A stretch of DNA of 45,319 nucleotides. It comes from a virus (taxonomy: Duplodnaviria > Caudoviricetes). The notes below the pieces were generated by a model that searched no databases, had not been told where the DNA came from, and worked only from the letters and a program-made list of their open reading frames with translations. The stretch spans positions 1 to 45,319 of the IMG/VR virus record IMGVR_UViG_3300011438_000006, one strand, 5' to 3'. The first letter of the stretch is position 1. Each line of letters begins with the position of its first letter. Of this stretch, positions 6,321 to 15,336 are shown piece after piece. A program made the position numbers and the translations under genes.

Positions 6321-6497
6321 TCACCACCTCTCAATTACGAAATTCTTCAACGTTTCAGATTTAATATAAGTATACCGTTTGTCTGTAATTCCAAACTCTA
6401 TGCTAGGAGGGGGTATATTTCCAGTACCACTACCCCAAGGACATATAAGTTCAACTTCATCTTCACCGCATAGATACGTATGTATAGTATACATCAT
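6321..6497 (-). CDS. hypothetical protein (58 aa)
   Basis: GAAAGG SD; fills gap. Confidence 0.5.
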   Translation of the reverse strand: MMYTIHTYLCGEDEVELICPWGSGTGNIPPPSIEFGITDKRYTYIKSETLKNFVIERW

Positions 6498-6554
6498 CTA
6501 CCTTTCGAAGCTATAAATCCAAAACCACAACCAATAAGAAATATAATAACTAAT

Positions 6555-7067
6555 CTAACTACCATCTACCAACTCCCGTAGTTCTAACTTCTTACGCTTG
6601 TTGCGAATCTTAAACAGGTGGACCATTCGCCTACTAGTAGTTTCTTTCTCTCTTTTAGAAAGGTAGCCCTGTTCTGTTAGACTATTCAAGGCGGCACGGA
6701 TTCTATTCTCAAATCCTCTACCCTCATATTCCCAAGCTAAATCTTTTAACTCATCTAGCATATTAGCATGGGAGAATTCTTCTGTAGGATGCTCAAGAAA
6801 CACTTGATAAACATTTGTGAGAATTTCTCTAGCCATCTCTGATTTATTTCTAGGCGGCATTAATGCCTTGAGTGCATCCTTAGCAGTCTTATTTTGCGAT
6901 TCTATCTCACGAATTTGTTCACGTAAATCCAAATCCTCTCTACGCCAATCCATTTCCAGCTCAGTACGTCGTTGCTCAAGTTCTCGTATCGTAACTCTAG
7001 CCTCAGTGACAGCTGTTCGTAAAGCATGAACTATATCTTGCGTTGGAATACCAGCTATAGTATCCAT
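6555..7067 (-). CDS. coiled-coil plus winged-helix DNA-binding protein (start MDTIAG)
   Basis: N-terminal coiled coil; C-terminal RIRAALNSLTEQGYLSKRE wHTH; TAATG overlap. Confidence 0.7.
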   Translation of the reverse strand: MDTIAGIPTQDIVHALRTAVTEARVTIRELEQRRTELEMDWRREDLDLREQIREIESQNKTAKDALKALMPPRNKSEMAREILTNVYQVFLEHPTEEFSHANMLDELKDLAWEYEGRGFENRIRAALNSLTEQGYLSKREKETTSRRMVHLFKIRNKRKKLELRELVDGS

Positions 7068-9040
7068 TAGATGAGCTTCTTCAAGTAGGCAGCCCATTCA
7101 CCAGGACGCAGTTTCTGATCTTCCATGATACCTTTGATTTGATTGTCCTTCTTCTTAATAATCTCGTCAAGCCATTGGTCAACACTATCTTCGTTCTTCC
7201 AGTGAAATACTGTCACTGCTTCATTTGCCCCTTGTCGAAAGACACGATCAGTACATTGGTCATTACGACCAGAATTATACCAAAGGTCCAAGAAACCGAC
7301 ATAACTAGCCCCGCCAGGCCACTGCTCGGGATTCTTTTGTAGATTAAGTCCCTCGCCCATTGCTGCGTTGACACAGAGGACTCGTATTTTGCCTTGTTGG
7401 AAACCAACCTCAAGATTAGTCAAGTTATCATTATTCTCTCCAATCAACAAGTCACAAGTAATACTCTGCTCCAAACAGCGACGCTGAATTTCTCGCAATG
7501 GTTCATTGAACGTGGAGAATATGACAATAGCTTCATCGCCGATCGCTTCGATAGTGTCCATTGCCTCGTCTATTTTGCTGGACTCTCTAACATCCAACCT
7601 ATCAACAGTAACCAGTAGTTTACCATCATCTGTTGTAACGGGCATTCCTGTGAATGGATCAACTACAGACTTCTTGAAGTCAATAACGGGCCAGACATTC
7701 AATTGACGCAACCTAATAAGCTGGGCAATAATAGCCGTGGCAGTAAACGTCTTCTCTTGATCTTGATCTGTTAGCCATACGAAGAATTGATCCCGCATTT
7801 GCTCGTACACTGCCTTTTGTGCAGGCAACATCTCAAGCAATACTTCCCGTTGTTCGTATGGTGTAACAGGAGGCATTTGTAATCCTACCTCATCTTTGCG
7901 ACGCTTACACATGCGTCCAACTAATGCGTTGTTCAATAACTTGTCAGCGTCAACTACCAATTGAAACTCGCCAGCAACTGACATCATTGAAGTAAACGCA
8001 TTTTCAAATTGCCGGGCCGACGGGAATCGCTCTGGATCAAAGATATGCAAATATGCCCACATCTCTGTCACCTTATTAACCATAGGCGTACCAGACATAA
8101 GAATCTGCATCTTGCAATTACGAGTCAGATCAAATACTGACTTCCATACAGCGGTAGGGCCGGATATATTAGCGCCGCCCTTAAGCTTGTGAACTTCATC
8201 CATTACAATGAAGTCCCATTCAATATCCTGTAGGGCTTCCGTTGTGCGGACTGATTCGTAATTGGTAATACATGACATACCAAACTCATCAATCATCTCA
8301 AAGAAAGCCTCACGTTGTACCTTATTCATTGATCCTTCTACCGGAATCAATTGAATATTTGGTGCCCAATTCTTTCCCTCACGAATAGTACCGCCAGTCT
8401 TAAGAATGGAAGTCTTAGTAAGCCAAAGGATACGGGGTTTGCGATCGTATTCAGCCTCGAAAAGAACGGACAAGATTGTTAGCGTATCAAATGTTTCCTT
8501 AGTCTTACCTAAACCCATATCATTGGCATTCAAGAAACCCTTAAAGCCGGAAAGATATGCATGAATTGTCATGACAACATCTTCCTTTTGATATAGGTGA
8601 GCCTTACCCCATGAAGGATTATCAGCCATAATTTCGAAGACCTTATTAGCTGTGTCTTCGATAGCCTTATTCTTTAGCTCATCCTTGAGCATTTGCTCTT
8701 TGCGGCGTGCAAGGAATAGCTTATCATCCTTGTGCTTATTGATAGACTCAAGAACAATTGAGCGTGTCTCATCTAATGCACGCAACTTATCTCTGAGGAT
8801 ACGCATTTCCTCATGAATCTTAGCGTATGTTTCTTCCTCGATTACGAGTTCGTAGTTGACATACGTAAGAGAGTCTTCAACCTCTGCTAGTGTCATTTCT
8901 GCGATGCTCTTATTAGCCAGGTTATCTTTCCCTACAGAAGTAGAGATAGTTTCTAGTTCCTCATGCAACTCAAGGGAACTAATATCTGGTATTTCTTTAG
9001 CCGTTTTAGGTTCAAAGGGACCAAAGGAAAAATCATTCAC
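7067..9040 (-). CDS. SNF2-family (SF2) DNA helicase/translocase
   Basis: NDMGLGKT, DEVH, MSGTP, GEGLNLQ, QCTDRVFRQG motifs. Confidence 0.92.
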   Translation of the reverse strand: MNDFSFGPFEPKTAKEIPDISSLELHEELETISTSVGKDNLANKSIAEMTLAEVEDSLTYVNYELVIEEETYAKIHEEMRILRDKLRALDETRSIVLESINKHKDDKLFLARRKEQMLKDELKNKAIEDTANKVFEIMADNPSWGKAHLYQKEDVVMTIHAYLSGFKGFLNANDMGLGKTKETFDTLTILSVLFEAEYDRKPRILWLTKTSILKTGGTIREGKNWAPNIQLIPVEGSMNKVQREAFFEMIDEFGMSCITNYESVRTTEALQDIEWDFIVMDEVHKLKGGANISGPTAVWKSVFDLTRNCKMQILMSGTPMVNKVTEMWAYLHIFDPERFPSARQFENAFTSMMSVAGEFQLVVDADKLLNNALVGRMCKRRKDEVGLQMPPVTPYEQREVLLEMLPAQKAVYEQMRDQFFVWLTDQDQEKTFTATAIIAQLIRLRQLNVWPVIDFKKSVVDPFTGMPVTTDDGKLLVTVDRLDVRESSKIDEAMDTIEAIGDEAIVIFSTFNEPLREIQRRCLEQSITCDLLIGENNDNLTNLEVGFQQGKIRVLCVNAAMGEGLNLQKNPEQWPGGASYVGFLDLWYNSGRNDQCTDRVFRQGANEAVTVFHWKNEDSVDQWLDEIIKKKDNQIKGIMEDQKLRPGEWAAYLKKLI

Positions 9041-9046
9041 GTCACT

Positions 9047-9334
9047 TCACTCCCAACCAAATTCAGTAGTAGCGTGCCACGACATGATATAAACCCTAAG
9101 AATAAACTTCCAAGATTCATGGTATTCATCAACCGGAGTAATCTGATCTGGACTATGAGTCCAACGATCCAGATTTTCTGTGCAAGCTATATAGTTCGTA
9201 ACTGAGTAGTTTGGTGGAATATGCGACAGAATTTCTTTCAATTGGTCATCAGTAGGATCACCACGAAGTATCTCGTACTTCACTTTGATGGGATATGTAA
9301 TAATGGCTGTTAATGCATCAGGCATTTCATTCAC
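9047..9334 (-). CDS. hypothetical protein
   Basis: 95-aa ORF. Confidence 0.6.
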   Translation of the reverse strand: MNEMPDALTAIITYPIKVKYEILRGDPTDDQLKEILSHIPPNYSVTNYIACTENLDRWTHSPDQITPVDEYHESWKFILRVYIMSWHATTEFGWE

Positions 9335-9504
9335 CCTTTCACTACAATAATTTCTTCGCCGGTAATTGTGGTTACATGCAAATCTTCAATGAGATTATTT
9401 GCGAGGAGTTTGACGAGCATGTTCATAACAGCATGGTCATCAACTGGGCTAGGTAAATCGTGAGATTCCCCGTCTTCAATATGAGTTAGCAAATAGCCAC
9501 TCAT
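9331..9504 (-). CDS. hypothetical protein (57 aa, MSGYLL)
   Basis: ATGA and GTGA overlaps on both sides. Confidence 0.55.
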   Translation of the reverse strand: MSGYLLTHIEDGESHDLPSPVDDHAVMNMLVKLLANNLIEDLHVTTITGEEIIVVKG

Positions 9505-9686
9505 TCTGGAATCTCCCTCATTGCATTAACGAAATGACCCTTGCTAACTCTACCGTCTGGAAATATAACGGTAGCCGTTCCGTCACTACTAATGACGGGT
9601 ATCTGGCACTCTTTCCAGAACTGGGAGTTATCTCCAATATCCCCAGTTTTACGCCATTCATCGGCATCAAATACTAATCGCTTCAC
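9501..9686 (-). CDS. hypothetical protein
   Basis: 61-aa ORF, GTGA overlap. Confidence 0.6.
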   Translation of the reverse strand: MKRLVFDADEWRKTGDIGDNSQFWKECQIPVISSDGTATVIFPDGRVSKGHFVNAMREIPE

Positions 9687-10375
9687 AGTAGCACTTCCTT
9701 AACCTGCACCAATTCCGGGTGAGCGTCAGCGTAGTCGATAACATCCATGTACATAATACCCTCTACATAAATGCCGAGTCTACGAGCTACAACACGGAAG
9801 TTGTAATATTCCTCATCCTCATTGGGGAAGAAGAAAGCATATGTCTTAGCCGGACTCGCAGCGTAATTACCCGGACGTGACTTGATGGTGAATAGCGTGA
9901 GTTCATACATTAGCGACGCTATTTGCTTGATAGGTAGCCATGCATCACGCAAACGCTTATGCTGAACTTGCGCCATCTTTTTATCGCTGATTGTCTCAGT
10001 CATTGTAAGTGACTCACGCTTAGCACGGTCGTGAATGCTATTCTCTAAGTCTTGCGCCAACTTACGAAGCTCATCAATCATTCCGTAAATAACGGGGAAA
10101 GGCAAACTCTCACCCATTTCATACAGGATTCCAAATGTTTCGCCAGTCGCTTCTTTCATCTGCTTCTTATGAGCCGGATTATCTCTGTACTCTTTACGAG
10201 CAGTATCTTCCAACTTAGCAGTAGGTGTAGCTTTCTCATCCATAATAGTTTCGAGTTCTTCTACCTTTGCCTTAACAGCGTACTCGAAACTCTTGAGATT
10301 ATCGGCACTATCTAGGAAGCCCAGATGATCCGGAAATATCTCCAGATCATAGAACACGTTCTTATTGTTAGTCAC
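9683..10375 (-). CDS. helical protein, probable distant paralogue of 2627-3472 (GTG start, 230 aa)
   Basis: GAAAGGA SD; shared IKQI...K.R.G and A..LG motifs. Confidence 0.7.
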   Translation of the reverse strand: MTNNKNVFYDLEIFPDHLGFLDSADNLKSFEYAVKAKVEELETIMDEKATPTAKLEDTARKEYRDNPAHKKQMKEATGETFGILYEMGESLPFPVIYGMIDELRKLAQDLENSIHDRAKRESLTMTETISDKKMAQVQHKRLRDAWLPIKQIASLMYELTLFTIKSRPGNYAASPAKTYAFFFPNEDEEYYNFRVVARRLGIYVEGIMYMDVIDYADAHPELVQVKEVLL

Positions 10376-10521
10376 TTCAAGGCATCCTTTCTGTCCATAT
10401 AACGCTGCATGTTTTGCACAACACAATTCTCGTGCATCATCTCAATAACATCGTCCAGATAGTACTTAGGTATAGTACCACCAGATTGGTTGCACTCAGT
10501 ACACTTAATTACTTTGCTCAT
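10372..10521 (-). CDS. small zinc-finger protein (49 aa)
   Basis: CTEC...HENC; GGAG SD. Confidence 0.55.
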   Translation of the reverse strand: MSKVIKCTECNQSGGTIPKYYLDDVIEMMHENCVVQNMQRYMDRKDALK

Positions 10522-10738
10522 TCTCCGTCTTAACCTTTCGGAACGTAATTGTCATACCAGAATAATGGTGGCATTGCATGGAATCAACATTGTAAGCGTG
10601 CATGAATTGCGACGCTAATTGGGCTTGCGTATCGTGTATATCGCACCGATGATCGGGGACTACTATAACATCCCCGACAATCATCTCTTTTGTAATAGGG
10701 AGAAACATCTCCATTATTTCCTTAGGATTTGTTTCCAT
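10505..10738 (-). CDS. hypothetical protein
   Basis: 77-aa ORF, TAATG overlap. Confidence 0.6.
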   Translation of the reverse strand: METNPKEIMEMFLPITKEMIVGDVIVVPDHRCDIHDTQAQLASQFMHAYNVDSMQCHHYSGMTITFRKVKTENEQSN

Positions 10739-11094
10739 TACTTAATCCAACCTCTCTTAGTTGCAAAAGCAATGGAACAAATACGTGATCCATCTAATGT
10801 AGTAGATGAACCATCATCGTGATTGAAGTCGAACCAATAGTTATTCCATTCTTCTATTGGTGTAGATGAGTTCTGCCCCATCATTGTATTAGGTTGTGGA
10901 TACTTACTAATTTCTCCTATTACTCCTGGCTTCATATCGTAATAGTTGTAAGCCCTATCACCCTGATGAAGAACTACTTTATCCTCAGTAGTAATATCGA
11001 TCACTACTCCCAATGAAGATACCGCAATATCGTATTCAGATTGAGTAATGATACCGCGATTAAGTTGTGCTGTTAGTCTTTCATGTTCGTTCAT
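10738..11094 (-). CDS. hypothetical protein (SHOCT-like N-terminal helix)
   Basis: LNRGIITQSEYD; AGGAG SD. Confidence 0.65.
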   Translation of the reverse strand: MNEHERLTAQLNRGIITQSEYDIAVSSLGVVIDITTEDKVVLHQGDRAYNYYDMKPGVIGEISKYPQPNTMMGQNSSTPIEEWNNYWFDFNHDDGSSTTLDGSRICSIAFATKRGWIK

Positions 11095-11095
11095 T

Positions 11096-11467
11096 TCAAT
11101 CTCCTACATACGTCCAAAGGTTACCATAATACACTTCAAGTAATTTAACTTCATCTGGCGTAATGCGATTCTGAGCACGTAGTTCATTTGCCCATACTCT
11201 ACGAGATGAGTATTGCCATTCCTTATTAGCAAATTCTCTAGCCAAATCGCAGAATCTATCAGACAATTCTCCAATAGTCTCAGCATGAGGCTTAATAGGT
11301 GTTTCATTAACCTGAACGAAATGGATACCCGGATTATCAGATACCGTATGGTAAATAAAATCTTCTATCTCGTGACGGATATGTTCAATAGCCGCAGCGT
11401 TAAGTTCAATGTTTGATTCACATTGAACATCAAACTTGTATGTATATTCCATCTCACTATCTATCAT
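11096..11467 (-). CDS. hypothetical protein
   Basis: 123-aa ORF; GAAAGG SD. Confidence 0.65.
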   Translation of the reverse strand: MIDSEMEYTYKFDVQCESNIELNAAAIEHIRHEIEDFIYHTVSDNPGIHFVQVNETPIKPHAETIGELSDRFCDLAREFANKEWQYSSRRVWANELRAQNRITPDEVKLLEVYYGNLWTYVGD

Positions 11468-11584
11468 TCTGGTTTCTACCTTTCAAGTAGTTATTTCGGT
11501 CCCGGCTATTTCCTATTTCCGGGCATAGCTCTCGCCCCTCCATCGTCTCACAGATCGGCCTACAGGTCAAGACATTTCTTGGTA

Positions 11585-12088
11585 TTAAGCAGCGGTAGTA
11601 CGTATGGTTCTAATCCGCCTAAATAAATCTTCAAGTCTAGCTAACTCACCATCAAGTGTTTCTCTATCAATAGGATTCTTTTGTTCGTATGCTTTCCATA
11701 CGTCTAAGTTCTGGACAGTTGCATACAGGACAGTTGCGTTAATGAGGAGATAACCTATCTCTTGGCTATATTCGTGCGACAGTTCGGTGCATCTCTCTTT
11801 GAACAAGTCGTCTTGATTAGCAAACGCATTAGTCATTGGTGTTGCGTTTACGTAGTCTTTGAGAATCCGGTGAGTAGGCCACTCATCCTTAGATTGGTTG
11901 TTTAGTTTAACACTTGCTCGCAACAAACCATGCCTGTCTTCCTCCACTAATGATTTACCTATTAGTTTCTGCACATTAAGATACACTGTCTTAGGCGCTA
12001 CTTGTGGAAAAGCGGCAATGATATCTTGTCTGTTTTGTCCTGGATGATCCATAATCCAGTCGGAAATATGTTGCTCGTAACTTCTCAT
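11585..12088 (-). CDS. winged-helix transcription regulator
   Basis: N-terminal ISDWIMDHPGQNRQDI...PKTVYLNVQKLIGKSLV wHTH. Confidence 0.7.
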   Translation of the reverse strand: MRSYEQHISDWIMDHPGQNRQDIIAAFPQVAPKTVYLNVQKLIGKSLVEEDRHGLLRASVKLNNQSKDEWPTHRILKDYVNATPMTNAFANQDDLFKERCTELSHEYSQEIGYLLINATVLYATVQNLDVWKAYEQKNPIDRETLDGELARLEDLFRRIRTIRTTAA

Positions 12089-12255
12089 TTTATTTTCCCT
12101 GCGTAAACGGCTATGATTCTAGATTTAGAGATACGTATGTATTCATATATTGCATTGGCTCCTAGTACATCTGTTCTTATACCTAACAATGGAATCTCTT
12201 GTCCATCTAATATTCCTCCAAAACAGATGACATGGCTAGACCACTTAATTCCCAT
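12085..12255 (-). CDS. hypothetical protein (56 aa, MGIKWS)
   Basis: FGGILDGQEIP motif; ATGA overlap with next gene; directly after promoter motif B. Confidence 0.55.
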   Translation of the reverse strand: MGIKWSSHVICFGGILDGQEIPLLGIRTDVLGANAIYEYIRISKSRIIAVYAGKIK

Positions 12256-12262
12256 AGGTCTA

Positions 12263-12294
12263 CCATTAGCATAGTTATAAAGTATGAAGTCAAG
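12263..12294 (-). promoter_or_regulatory. conserved 32-bp promoter motif, copy B
   Basis: CTTGACTTCATACTTTATAACTATGCTAATGG; 24/32 identity to 3533-3564. Confidence 0.6.
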
Positions 12295-12303
12295 GATATC
12301 TCG

Positions 12304-12366
12304 ATAGTTCGTGGATAGGGTGAGGGGATAGCTGCCTACTATGGCCGCTGGATAGCTGGCAGGTAT
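12304..12366. promoter_or_regulatory. operator array B (boxes at 12304, 12328, 12352)
   Basis: ATAG half-site, perfect ATAG-N7-CTAT, ATAG-N7-GTAT; 24-bp period. Confidence 0.6.
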
Positions 12367-12737
12367 GGCAGGATGGCTGTGAGGTGGTTAGTCAGAGTTA
12401 CAGTATGATAGTGAGCACTGTATAAAAGACCAGCGTAAGGGCACTGTTTTTGAAATACGATTCTAGGAAAGTAACTGACAGGGTTGTAAACCCGTAGTCA
12501 GTACTTCCTCCAATTTTCGAGATTTAACACCTCCATAGTGACAGACATGCAAACAGGGGTTTGTATCTAGGGAGATCATATACACATTATCTATTAGATG
12601 GCTATTTACACCTTGTAGGGCTCATCTCAATTACATTTACGAAAATATTAATAGAGCAAACCTAATAGTTAATTGCTAATAGTTATTACTTATAACAATG
12701 TTATATAGACTGGTACTAGTTATGCGACGCACTCTGA

Positions 12738-12776
12738 ACAAAAATAAATATCACTCCCCTTTCGAGGAGTGATATT
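12738..12776 (-). terminator. Rho-independent terminator
   Basis: 11-bp stem AATATCACTCC/GGAGTGATATT followed by TATTTTTG on - strand. Confidence 0.75.
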
Positions 12777-12906
12777 CCTTTTGATGCTCTTTGATTGACT
12801 CGAATATTTCCGTATTCGAGCTACCTGCCAGCTTAGCTCTGATGATATCCATGCGAGTAATGTGCTCGCATACATCAGGCAAACTTATATGTGTTGCCTC
12901 ACTCAT
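12751..12906 (-). CDS. hypothetical early protein (51 aa, MSEATH)
   Basis: GAAAGGA SD; stop lies within terminator stem. Confidence 0.55.
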   Translation of the reverse strand: MSEATHISLPDVCEHITRMDIIRAKLAGSSNTEIFESIKEHQKEYHSSKGE

Positions 12907-12973
12907 TGCCTATCCTTTCGATTGACTGCCGATTGACTTGAGCAGTTTTAAGACATACTCAGGTCTGCATTAC

Positions 12974-13327
12974 CTAGCTCGCGTCGTCGTCGTCTCCGAA
13001 AGAAAGATCCTCCATCAAAGACGTCCCTTCTTTGACCGTGCGAGGATTACGGAAGTAGGTAACATCCTTGAGATGGTCACTACCGTGAATCTTCCGCTGA
13101 TTCTTGAGTTCCTCATCGTACATACGGTATGCCGACGAGATAACCTTGCGGAACTTATCGAGTGTTGCCTTGCGAGCAACAATCTCAGTCTCGTCAAGAG
13201 TCCAGATGCTACCTGAAACAAGTTCTTGCAGCATTTTATCCTCGATCACCTGCTGAAGTGGTGACCGCTTCTTAGGGGTAACAACTTCGGGAGTTACCGC
13301 TTCCTCTTGCTTTGGTGTCGTTGCCAT
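12974..13327 (-). CDS. first early-arm protein with acidic C-terminal tail
   Basis: GAAAGGTAGGA SD; 117 aa ending FGDDDDAS; promoter upstream. Confidence 0.75.
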   Translation of the reverse strand: MATTPKQEEAVTPEVVTPKKRSPLQQVIEDKMLQELVSGSIWTLDETEIVARKATLDKFRKVISSAYRMYDEELKNQRKIHGSDHLKDVTYFRNPRTVKEGTSLMEDLSFGDDDDAS

Positions 13328-13363
13328 GTCCTACCTTTCTGTTTGGTTCTCTGGCACGTCCCT

Positions 13364-13393
13364 ATTATGCGCAGAACGCCAGTTAAAAGACAA
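13364..13393 (-). promoter_or_regulatory. SigA/sigma70-type promoter
   Basis: TTGTCT-N18-CATAAT. Confidence 0.55.
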
Positions 13394-13418
13394 TAGATAT
13401 AACTAAGATATAAACAGA

Positions 13419-13434
13419 TGTGACAAACGTCACA
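13419..13434. promoter_or_regulatory. CRP/GlxR-type binding site
   Basis: TGTGA-CAAACG-TCACA, perfect TGTGA-N6-TCACA. Confidence 0.6.
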
Positions 13435-13639
13435 CTCAGCTTGCTTTTTTGAAGCCACCTTTCTTTTTGCAAGCTGGCTGCAAAGATACAAGTGTAAAGG
13501 ATACTTGACAATACATGGTAGGTACGCTTCACTACTAGTGTTAGGCGACCTTAACAGGTTTTGTTAACCGATCCCGGATTTTACTTTTACCTCCCCTATT
13601 GCGACGCACCTATTTTAATGGACACACAAGGAAATCCTA

Positions 13640-14425
13640 ATGAGCAATAACTCCTTTGATGATCTAATTAGTGAGACCTCTTCTTTTCTAGAAACCAAAG
13701 AACAAGAACTTCTAGAAAATTTTTCTCCCTCCGAACAGAGCGAACCCTCAACTAATAGTGTAACTACTCTAGTTAACTTCGATCTAATTGATCCGCACGA
13801 GATGTTGATTATCGAAGCAACTGCGGAGATTGAGAAGTACTTCTGGGTCAATAGCGAATTGCCTAGTTTTACCAAGTTTGTAGAGAACGGAATTAGTCTA
13901 CAGGAAATTCAAGACATCATTAATCCCAAACTTGCAAAACGTGGGCTTCCCGTATATAGTTTTAGAAGTATAAAGGTACAGTCTCCTGTAGGGACTGAGT
14001 TCGATCCGAGATTTGTGCTTGCTTGCAATGTCATGTGCAAAGCAACAGGTCGCAGTAAAGGCGCTAAGTTCAAAGATTTAAGTACATTGGGCGTAAACGA
14101 ATCTATGTGGAATGCCTGGTTGAGTATCCCGAGTTATTTCGAGTACGCTAAAAACTTGATGGAGATTCAATTCCAGTCGGTAACAGATATTGATGCCAAG
14201 ATGGGAATTGCCCGCAACGTAGCGAATGGCGATTTACAGGCTATCAAGTACTACCACGAATTCACAAACAGATACAGACCTCAGGACCAGAATTCGATCA
14301 ACCTCGTAGGATTGATAGCGGCACTAATGGAAATCCTAAGTCGCAACGTATCGAATGACGTGATGGATCGCATTGCGGGAGAACTAGAGCAGACTCCAAT
14401 TGCAGAACTATTAAAGGCAAGCTAA
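13640..14425 (+). CDS. terminase small subunit (putative)
   Basis: HTH LGVNESMWNAW plus GDLQAIKYYHEFTNRY motif; first gene of the structural arm. Confidence 0.7.
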   Translation: MSNNSFDDLISETSSFLETKEQELLENFSPSEQSEPSTNSVTTLVNFDLIDPHEMLIIEATAEIEKYFWVNSELPSFTKFVENGISLQEIQDIINPKLAKRGLPVYSFRSIKVQSPVGTEFDPRFVLACNVMCKATGRSKGAKFKDLSTLGVNESMWNAWLSIPSYFEYAKNLMEIQFQSVTDIDAKMGIARNVANGDLQAIKYYHEFTNRYRPQDQNSINLVGLIAALMEILSRNVSNDVMDRIAGELEQTPIAELLKAS

Positions 14426-14426
14426 A

Positions 14427-14564
14427 GTGACTAAGCACAACAGATGTAAGCTACCTCCATTCGGTTGGTACTGCACCAATAGAGAAGGACATAGAGGGCC
14501 ATGCCCCACCTACGCAGTTTGGTGGAATTACCTATGGCGCAGACTAACTAGGAAGGCAGTCTAG
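14427..14564 (+). CDS. small CCHC zinc-finger protein (45 aa)
   Basis: CKLPPFGWYCTNREGHRGPC. Confidence 0.55.
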   Translation: MTKHNRCKLPPFGWYCTNREGHRGPCPTYAVWWNYLWRRLTRKAV

Positions 14565-14870
14565 ATGATAGGTAGACGAGTTGCATCAATTGCGGAAATT
14601 ACTAAACCAGGTGATTACTGCGGGCCTATTAAGGGATATAACGGGGATAAAGAAGCCTGTTATTTCCTAAAGCCAAATGCAAGAGATGCAGACGCACCGG
14701 CTCGTGCCAGATCAATTCAGCATGTTTTATTTCCACCCCATACATATAGAGAATGCGCAGACGGTAGTTTGGAAATTAGACAAAGTATTGGTGATACTGC
14801 TGGACAAAGTACTAAGAGTGATGGTTGGCACGGGTTTTTGGACGAGGGTCATGTTTGGAGAAAAGTTTAA
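14565..14870 (+). CDS. DUF6527-like protein
   Basis: DGSLEIRQSI...GWHGFLDEGHVW resembles the family's .T..PSI...HG....G.W end. Confidence 0.5.
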   Translation: MIGRRVASIAEITKPGDYCGPIKGYNGDKEACYFLKPNARDADAPARARSIQHVLFPPHTYRECADGSLEIRQSIGDTAGQSTKSDGWHGFLDEGHVWRKV

Positions 14871-15148
14871 TGCTTGCCATTACTGATGTAAGTATTGTAA
14901 TTGTGGTATCATCAATCACTGGTGGAATTGTATCAATTATTGGTGCAATATTTGCTGGATTAGCTATGCTTCGTGCTGGACACGTTCAGAAAGAAGTTCG
15001 CACATTCAATGAACTAAGTATTGGTCAATTGGGCGGAAAGGGGGAAACTAGACGAATTGAGGCAATTGATCCGGTAGATAGGTCTGACCAAGAAAATCGA
15101 CATATGGCTATGGATGTGCTGGATCCTGAACAAAAGGAGAAGCCATGA
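14870..15148 (+). CDS. membrane protein, possibly lysis-associated (start MLAITD)
   Basis: N-terminal TM segment; TAATG overlap. Confidence 0.65.
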   Translation: MLAITDVSIVIVVSSITGGIVSIIGAIFAGLAMLRAGHVQKEVRTFNELSIGQLGGKGETRRIEAIDPVDRSDQENRHMAMDVLDPEQKEKP

Positions 15149-15336
15149 ATGTAACTGAATCTAATAGACAGTTAGTTGCAGAAGTACTTGGACAAAAACC
15201 GGAAGATATTCAATGGATTACTTGGGTAGAAGGTTATGACAAGTACGAAGTAAAGGTGCGAGGAACACTTAATCCAGTAGAGGTTACTGGCCCACAAATA
15301 GATCAACATAACAGAAAGACGAGACATGCCAGCTAA
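15145..15336 (+). CDS. hypothetical protein
   Basis: 63 aa; AAGGAG SD. Confidence 0.65.
   Translation: MNVTESNRQLVAEVLGQKPEDIQWITWVEGYDKYEVKVRGTLNPVEVTGPQIDQHNRKTRHAS

Noticed and set aside
11490-11570. Fourth ATAG/CTAT operator array
   Set aside because: Half-sites present, but no complete N7 box and no 24-bp phasing; a CCCGG/CCGGG hairpin explains part of it
13505-13533. Rightward sigma70 promoter (TTGACA)
   Set aside because: Perfect -35, but the hexamer at 17 bp (TTCACT) lacks the conserved A; cannot be supported
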